A program made the translations under genes and the position numbers. DNA of 64,000 nt from Felis catus (Eukaryota), in contig NC_058369.1 in NCBI RefSeq assembly GCF_018350175.1, positions 4,218,001-4,282,000 of the forward strand, written 5' to 3'. This document shows, in pieces, positions 25,145 through 32,651 of this stretch. Below the pieces are notes generated by a model that ran no database searches, had not been told where the DNA came from, and saw nothing but the letters and a program-made list of their open reading frames with translations. The stretch's first letter is position 1. The number at the start of each line of letters is the position of its first letter.

Positions 25145-28100
25145 TCGTCTTTTACGAGTCCCTGAATTCCTCATTTTGATTAAAATTGCTTACGGTTTTT
25201 GGTTTTAATTGGTTGCTGATATTTTGGGGGAACTTTGCTCCAGTTTCCACAGTTACCCCCAGGGAATGCAGCCCTGAGAATCCAAGGCATAAAAAAAGGA
25301 AGAAACCAGTAGATCAGCCAAATTGCCATACTTTTCCCCTGCAGGCAGTGGCGTGCTGGTAAATGGGTGACAACCAGTTCTGGGTGGAGGGGGAGGCCCC
25401 GAATTGCAGCCCTTGCCAATTCCTGTGGTGTGAATACTCCCGTGTGGATTTCAAGTACCATCGTGAATGATCCACCGGCTCACAAAATTCCAGCAGATTT
25501 AATGTTTGGCTCTCAGGAGCTAGTCGGGGCCAGCTTCAATGTCCCCGGCTCAAGGGCACTAATAAACACAGGTGATGATTTTACCACATTTCCCCCAAAT
25601 GGAAACATTTTGTTGAATCAACAAATGATATATTTATACACAAGGACATAATGTGCAGGGAACATTTTTTAAACAATATACAAATAGCTTTTGCCATAAA
25701 GAGCGTGGGGAGGATATTTGCACATGCATAACCAGCAATGGACTTGTAAACGGACTGTATTTGGGTGGGGGTGCCTAGGTGGCTCAGTCGGTTAAGCATC
25801 TGACTCTTGATTTTGGGTCAAGTCACGATCTCACGGTTGGTGAGTTTGAGCCCCACGTTAGGCCGTGCACTGACCGTGCAGAGCCTGCTTGAGATTCTCT
25901 CTCTCCTCTCCCTCTCTGCCCCTCCCACTCGCACTCTGTCTCTAAAGAAATAAACCTTTAAAAATATCTCATAAAATAAAAAACTAAAAAAAATAGATTT
26001 TATTTTTTAAGTGATCTCTACGTCCACCGTGGGGCTCAAACTCATCACCCCAAGATCAAGCGTCACACGTGCTACTGAGACTTTATGAAGAATTCCTACC
26101 AATTAATAATTTAAAAAAAAAAAAACTAATTTTTTAAAAATGGGCAAAAGTCTTGAACAGGCACTTCCAAGAAAGAAACAAGAAAGGAATCCAAACGGCT
26201 GGTAAGCATGGGAAAAGGTGCCGAAAATGCGGTCAGCCTCACTTCATAGGGAAAAGAGAATGAAAACTTTTATTAGAGACCACCACTCTCATCCACCAGC
26301 GTGGTGAAATTTACAAAGCCCGGCCAGGAGCAAGTACTGGTAAGGACCGGGAGCCCCTGGCAGCCTCCGGGACGCACAGACTTTGCCGCGGGTATGTACG
26401 TTTCTCAGCTGCTTTAGAAAACACATCTGTTGACCCAGCAATTCCAATCTGGCACGTTTACATTGGCAAGGGTTCCAGAATGTTCTCAGCGGCATTATTC
26501 CTAATAGCTCCAAGCTGGAAGCAGGCCAGCTCGAATCCCATTGACAGGAAATAAACAGGTGCAGTGGCTCGATGCAATGGACTATCCTAGCCGTGTGCCA
26601 GGGATGTGGAACAGAAGATTCGAAACGACACACACAGCATGATTCTAGTCCTTAAAATCTGAAACGGGCCCAAAATAAACCATATTGCATAAAGAGGCAG
26701 GCACAGATGTAACACTACAAAGAAAACCCAGGAAATGATGGTCTCAAGAGCCAGGACACCCAGCGCCTAGGTCCTGGCCTCTGATGTCGGTCTCCCACAC
26801 GAGTTCTGGCTCCTTGGAGAGATTCTGGGCCTGGTAGGGAGGATGGAAGTAAGAAAGTTCTCCAAAATCAAACCAGCGGGGGTATACGCGTCCAAGGGAA
26901 GAATTCACAATCCTTTGGTGCTCTGTGGGTTCTGGAAGCTTCTCACCGCTTTTTCTCGCTTGCAGCAAAATCTCAGCCTGTTCCAACGGCATCCTGGACC
27001 CCGTGGGCCTTCAGGACAACTACAGCTACATCATCGAGAAGTGAGCCTAAGGTTCCCGTTGGTGAAACCTTTGATTGTCCCTCCCTTTGACTGTCCCCCA
27101 GCCCCAAAGACAACTCAGAAATCGTTTTTAAACTGATCTCCCGACAGAAGGGAATCCGGGGCGGGGAGAGGACAGGTAGGAGAGGTGCCGGGCCTGTGGG
27201 AGGGCCACTGTGATGTGGCTCAGTTCTGCCCACCTACCAGGCCACCTTTCTGCCATCTTGCCAGCCTGCCACCAGCTCATGGGGCCCGGGCACCTGTTCC
27301 TCTGAGCTGACAGCCCAACACTGTCCGCCAAGGCAGGAGGGGGTGAGGGCCAGGGCGACCCTCTGTGCAGTGCAGCTGGTCCCCAGGGCCACCAAGTGGG
27401 CATGGGGTGGGATGGGTGGGACTCGACCCTTCTTGGAACCCGGGGAACAGCATGAAGACACGCGTGTGTTTTATACACCACGGCCCCCCGGATACAAGCC
27501 AGGAGTCAGTCACCTTCCGGTCCACACCCACAGCCAAGGCCCAACCCGGCCAGTGAACCTGCACTCAGACCTGGGTGGGGGGGCACGGACAGGTGCGTGA
27601 CACGGACCTCCGGGGAGAGAGAAAGGTGACGGGTCGCACTCGGAGATACAAAGAGCCTGAGAGAGAGACGGAGACAGGAGGAGAGACAGAGAGAGGGCCA
27701 GAGATAGGAGAGGCACGGAGATTTATTTTAAGGACTCGGTTCCCACGACTGCACAGGTCTGGCACGCCCACAGTCTGATGGGGGAGGAGGCTGGCGGCGC
27801 AGGGCCATCCACTGCCCCCTCCCCGTGTCCGCCTAGGGAAGCGTATGACCCCAACTTCCGGGGACAGATGTCCCGCGAGGACCTGGTGGTGAACTATCTG
27901 TACGAGAAGCTGGGCTGCCCCCGCCTCGTCTACTACAACACCCCCTGGAGGCCGGTGGTGGAACTGTAAGACCCCGCAGCCCGGGCCCTCAGACAACGCG
28001 CCCCCCTCCGCACCCCTCTCACCGCCGCCCTCCCCACCCCTCTCTCCACACCTTCCCCCGCCCTTGTTTTGTCCCCTCCCTGCAATCTCTCAGCTCCCGC

Positions 28101-31100
28101 CGCCGCCGCTATAACGAAATTTACCGCCGACTGGGGGCTCAAACAGCAGACAGTGATTCTCTCAGGGTTCCGGAGGCCAGAAGGCCGAGGTCAGAGCGTG
28201 GACAGGGCGGGGGTCCCCCTCCTGGGGAGGCTCCCTCCTTGGCTCACAGCCGGCCACCTTCTCTCGGCGTCTTCCCGCGCGGGACACTGCGTCTCCTCCC
28301 CTTCCTGTGGGATCAGGGCCCTCCCTGAGGACCTCGTTCCACCTTAATTGCCGGTGTAGAGGCCCCACCTCCAAATACAGTCCCCGGGGGTGGGGGGCGC
28401 TCTGGGGGACACGGTTGAGTCCGAGCATTCATTTGCCCCCTCTGTGGATTCTGCCGTCTTCCTCCATCACGCCCCCTGCACACCCCACCCTGCGTGATGG
28501 CTACACTTTGGTGGGTACTCATGAGCCGGGGGAAGGGGGGGGTGTGGAGGGGGGGTACGTGGGGCCAGTGCGCCTGAGGAAGCAGCTTTTCCATTTCACT
28601 GAATGCCAATCGATTTAAGTAAGCACTTGGAGGCCGGGGGCTCAGCTCAGTGCCCTGCAGACCATCTGACTAAAGAGTAGTTGATTGAAGGCAGCAGGCA
28701 CCCACTCACACCTGCAAACAGGCGGGTTCGTGGCCTTGATCCCGCGCCCGGGTGAGGCTGTGGGCTGTGCACACGGGACCGGGCCCGGCCCGACGGCCGA
28801 GCCCCACACTCAGAGCTGCCACGCGGCGGGGACGCAAACCCACACGGGGTGTGAAGATCAAGGGAGGCGTCCGGGCAGAGGAGGGGTGTAAGCTCCCGCC
28901 TGGCAGGAGAGCACAGGACGTGTGCCAAAAAATAATGATTTAGAACAACCCTCATTAACGGCCCTAATATACACCTTTTGAATGTCGGCAGATGTCGTTA
29001 GAAAAATGTCAGAGGACAGCTGTGAAGGGTTTTCTTTGTTGGTTCACTTGCTTATTCATTCATGTATTTTTTAAAAAAATTTTAATATTATTGAGGGAGA
29101 GGAGAGAGAGCACATGCGGGAGCAAGGAAGGGGCAGAGGGAGCGACAGACAGGATCCGATGTGGGCTCTGTGTTGACAGCATAGAGCCCGATGTGGGCCT
29201 CGAACCCACGAACCACAAGATCATGGCCTGAGCCAAGGCCGGACGCTTCAGCGACTGAGCCCCCCAGTCGCCCCTCATCTACTTCTTTACCAGTGCCATT
29301 TTTTGCCTGTAGAACATCCCATCAATTTCTTCCAGTCTCTGCTTCTCACAGAGGCCTCTGGTGGCCACCCCACAGGACACCGTGCCCGCGCCCCCCCCCC
29401 CCACCTCCTGGCCCTCCCCCATCCCACCTGCTGCTGGTCCCCTGCCAAGTGGCAGCCGGGTGAGGCCAGGGGACCTCGCGTGCCGCTCCCACCGTCCCCA
29501 GAACCGTCTCGTGACATCTCGGGGCTCCTGCACCCCCCTGCAGCCAAGCCCTGCGCGTGTGTCCTAGGTGGCGGGAAGGAAAGTTCCAGGAGGTGACGAA
29601 GGCAGAGTTCGTCCTGCTGGAGGTGAACGGGCTGTTCACGTACACGTACTCCCTGACCGCCCAGATGGCGCTGTGCAGATCCCAGCCGCAGAACTGGACC
29701 ACCATCCTGGAGAGCGCAGGCGACAAAAGGCCCTTCGCCTGGGACCGAGAGGTAGGGTTTACTCTTCTTCCAAAAGGGGTCTGAACAACCCGTTGTCGGT
29801 CACCTGAGGGTGGTGATGACTGGTCACGTGGCGGGGGAGGTTCCGCGGGGGGGCAGGGGGAAGTGTCAGCCCACAGGGGGGCTGCCATCACGGAATATTT
29901 ACTGGACGGCTTATAACAACAGACATTTGTTTCTCACGGGTCTGGAGGCTGGGAGTCCAAGTTCAAGGCGCCTGTTGGCTCTGTGTCTGGTGAGGGGCCT
30001 CTTCCTGGTTCATTGACCACTGGCCTCTCCCCGTGTGCTCACAGGGCGCAGGGGCAGGGAGCCCTCTGGTGTCTCTCTCATCAGGGCACTCATCCATTCA
30101 TGGGGGCCGCACCCTCTGACCTGATCCGACCCCGAGGCCTCACCTCCCCAAACCACCACCTTGGGGGGCAGATTTCAACACAGGGATTTGGGGGGTGGGG
30201 GGGACACAGACCTTCCACAGCAAGGTGGCTGGGGGTGGGGATGCCCGCTAGGACATCTGGGGACTATGAAGTGAGCAAGCTCTCTCAAGGGAGTTGGCCA
30301 AAGGCACCGAGGCATGCTCATAATATGCAAGCTTCCAGAACCATCCAAATGCCTATCACCACTGGGACCGATTAAATTCACAGTCGTTCCTGCCGCGGGA
30401 GCGTTTCTGCCGTGCACATGGGGTCTCGCACAATGGAGAAATAGGGCGTGATGCCAGTGTAAGGAAGGGACCCCGCGGGCCCTCTTGGCAGTCTTCCGAT
30501 TTCACACGAACCGCTTCTAACCGCTCAGCCTCCGGATGCCAGGGCGCGGCCGCAGCGCAGCAACGCCGCCAGCAGGTGGCGCTCGCTCCCCACACCTGAT
30601 GCCCGTTCCCGCGCGTAGACACTGGACTCCTCCGCTTTCTTGAACATTTATCTTTTTGAGACAGAGCACGAGTAGGGGAGTGGCAGAGAGAGGGAGACAC
30701 AGAATCCAAAGCAGGTTCGGGGCTCTGAGCTGCCAGCACAGAGCCGGAAGCGGGGCTCAAACCCATGAACCGAGAGGTCATGACCTGAGCCGAAGTCGGC
30801 CGCTTAACCGACTGAGCCACCCGGCCGCCCCGGGCTCCTTTTTTTTTAACCCTTTCTTTCTTAGCTGGGCACCTTCGAAGTGTTCTCACACTCCTTGTGT
30901 TGAGCGAGTTGGATCATTTATTTTGTTGGGAACAATGATTCTACTTGGGTTTTTTTTATTTTTTGTTTTTTTTTTTCAATCCAAGGTGAACTTCACCTAA
31001 ACTATAGGAACCGTTTTAAAATGCACAGCTCGGGCATTCTGTGGGTTCACACTGCCGTGCAAACACCACCTCTCTGATCATTTTCTTTAAAGGAGAAAGC

Positions 31101-32598
31101 CACATACATATAATTTGTTTATTATTTTCCGACTGTGCCCGCATATAGCGTTGCATTCTTTTGATTAGTGCTGTCATTCAACGTAGCATGCATTTACCAG
31201 TTTGTCCCGTTACTTTTTTTTTTTTAATATGGTCTTTATATGGCCCAGCTTTTTCAATTGTGTTTACTCCTGAAGGATTTAAAAAAAAATTTTTTTAACG
31301 TTTATTTACTTTTAAGAGACTGAGAACGAGCAGGGGAGGAACAGAGAGAGAGGGAGACCCAGAATCCGAAGCAGGCTCCAGGCCCTGAGCTGTCAGCACA
31401 GAGCCTGACACGGGGCTCGAACCCTCGAACCATGAGATCACGACCCGAGCTGAAGTCAGTTGCTTAACCAACTTAGCCACCCAGGCGCCCCTGTGTTCTT
31501 TTTGTTTTTAATTCTGAGAACTTCCAAACCTCCAGAAAAGCCGAAAGAGCAGTGTGAGGGACCGTTAGCCATTATGGAGTGCTGCAGAAGAAACCACCCC
31601 AAACCCAGCAGGGTCGTCCTCCCAGTCCTGCACCTCAGACCTGTGGCGTCAGCCAGGACCGCCCCTGCGGGGACCATTCAGCTGGGGGGCGGGGTGTCCA
31701 AGAAGGCCCCTCTTCCGTGTGGGGCTTCTGTTAGCCAGCCACTGGGTTGTCCGTGTGCCGTCCTCCCCAGCAGGGTAGCCTGGGCTCCCTTACAGCATGA
31801 CCTCACGGTTCCAGATCGGAAGCTTCCAGACCCCTGAAGTCCCAGGCCCAGCCCCTTCCCCCAGCATCCCCCCCACCCCGCCCCAGGCCTGTTCTACTGG
31901 TCAGAAGTAGTTTCCAGGGCCCACCCAGACCCCACCTCTTGATGGGAAGAGCTGTGTGCACGAAGGGGAGGAGGCATGGGGGGGGCTTCTTCCTTTTAAA
32001 GTCACATGACCACCCTCCACAGGACGGGTGCTCCAGAGTTTTTCTGCTGCCCAACAGCCGGGCACGGGATGTTTCCGGTCTCTCACTTCTACCCACCAGC
32101 TTGAGTCCCTTGGTCCTGCAGAACTGTTTTCAGGTCAGGGAAGTGCCTACTGGCTTATAGGCGGATGCCACCAAGGCCCCCTCCGTGGGTGGTGTCACGG
32201 TGCCTCTCACCACAGCACACAGACACCTGTCTCTCCACAGCGCACCAGCTAGGTGTACTATCTCGGGAGGAACTTGTCTGTTTCCGCGTGCACTTCTTTC
32301 ACGGTGGACCAGGCTGTGTCTTTTCCTGTTTGAGGGCCATTTTCACTTCTCTGCACTGTGGATTGTGTTCAGTCTGTGTCCATTTTTTCTGCTGGGATTT
32401 CAGACTCTCCTCACTTTTCAAGAGCTCTTTATAGATCTGTGAAGTTAACCCTTTACTGCAATGAGTTGCAAATATTTCCCTCAGTTTATCTTTTATGTCT
32501 TTCAGGTTTTCGCTTTTGCCATGCAAAATGAGTCTTTTTTTTTTTTGAGAGAGAGAGAGAGAGGGAGGGAGGGAGGGAGGGAGAGAGAGAGAGAGAGG

Positions 32599-32651
<53 letters not shown>

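Noticed and set aside
24920..25208. KKER-rich and FFLS-rich ORFs
   Set aside because: Translations of a (CTTT)n microsatellite.
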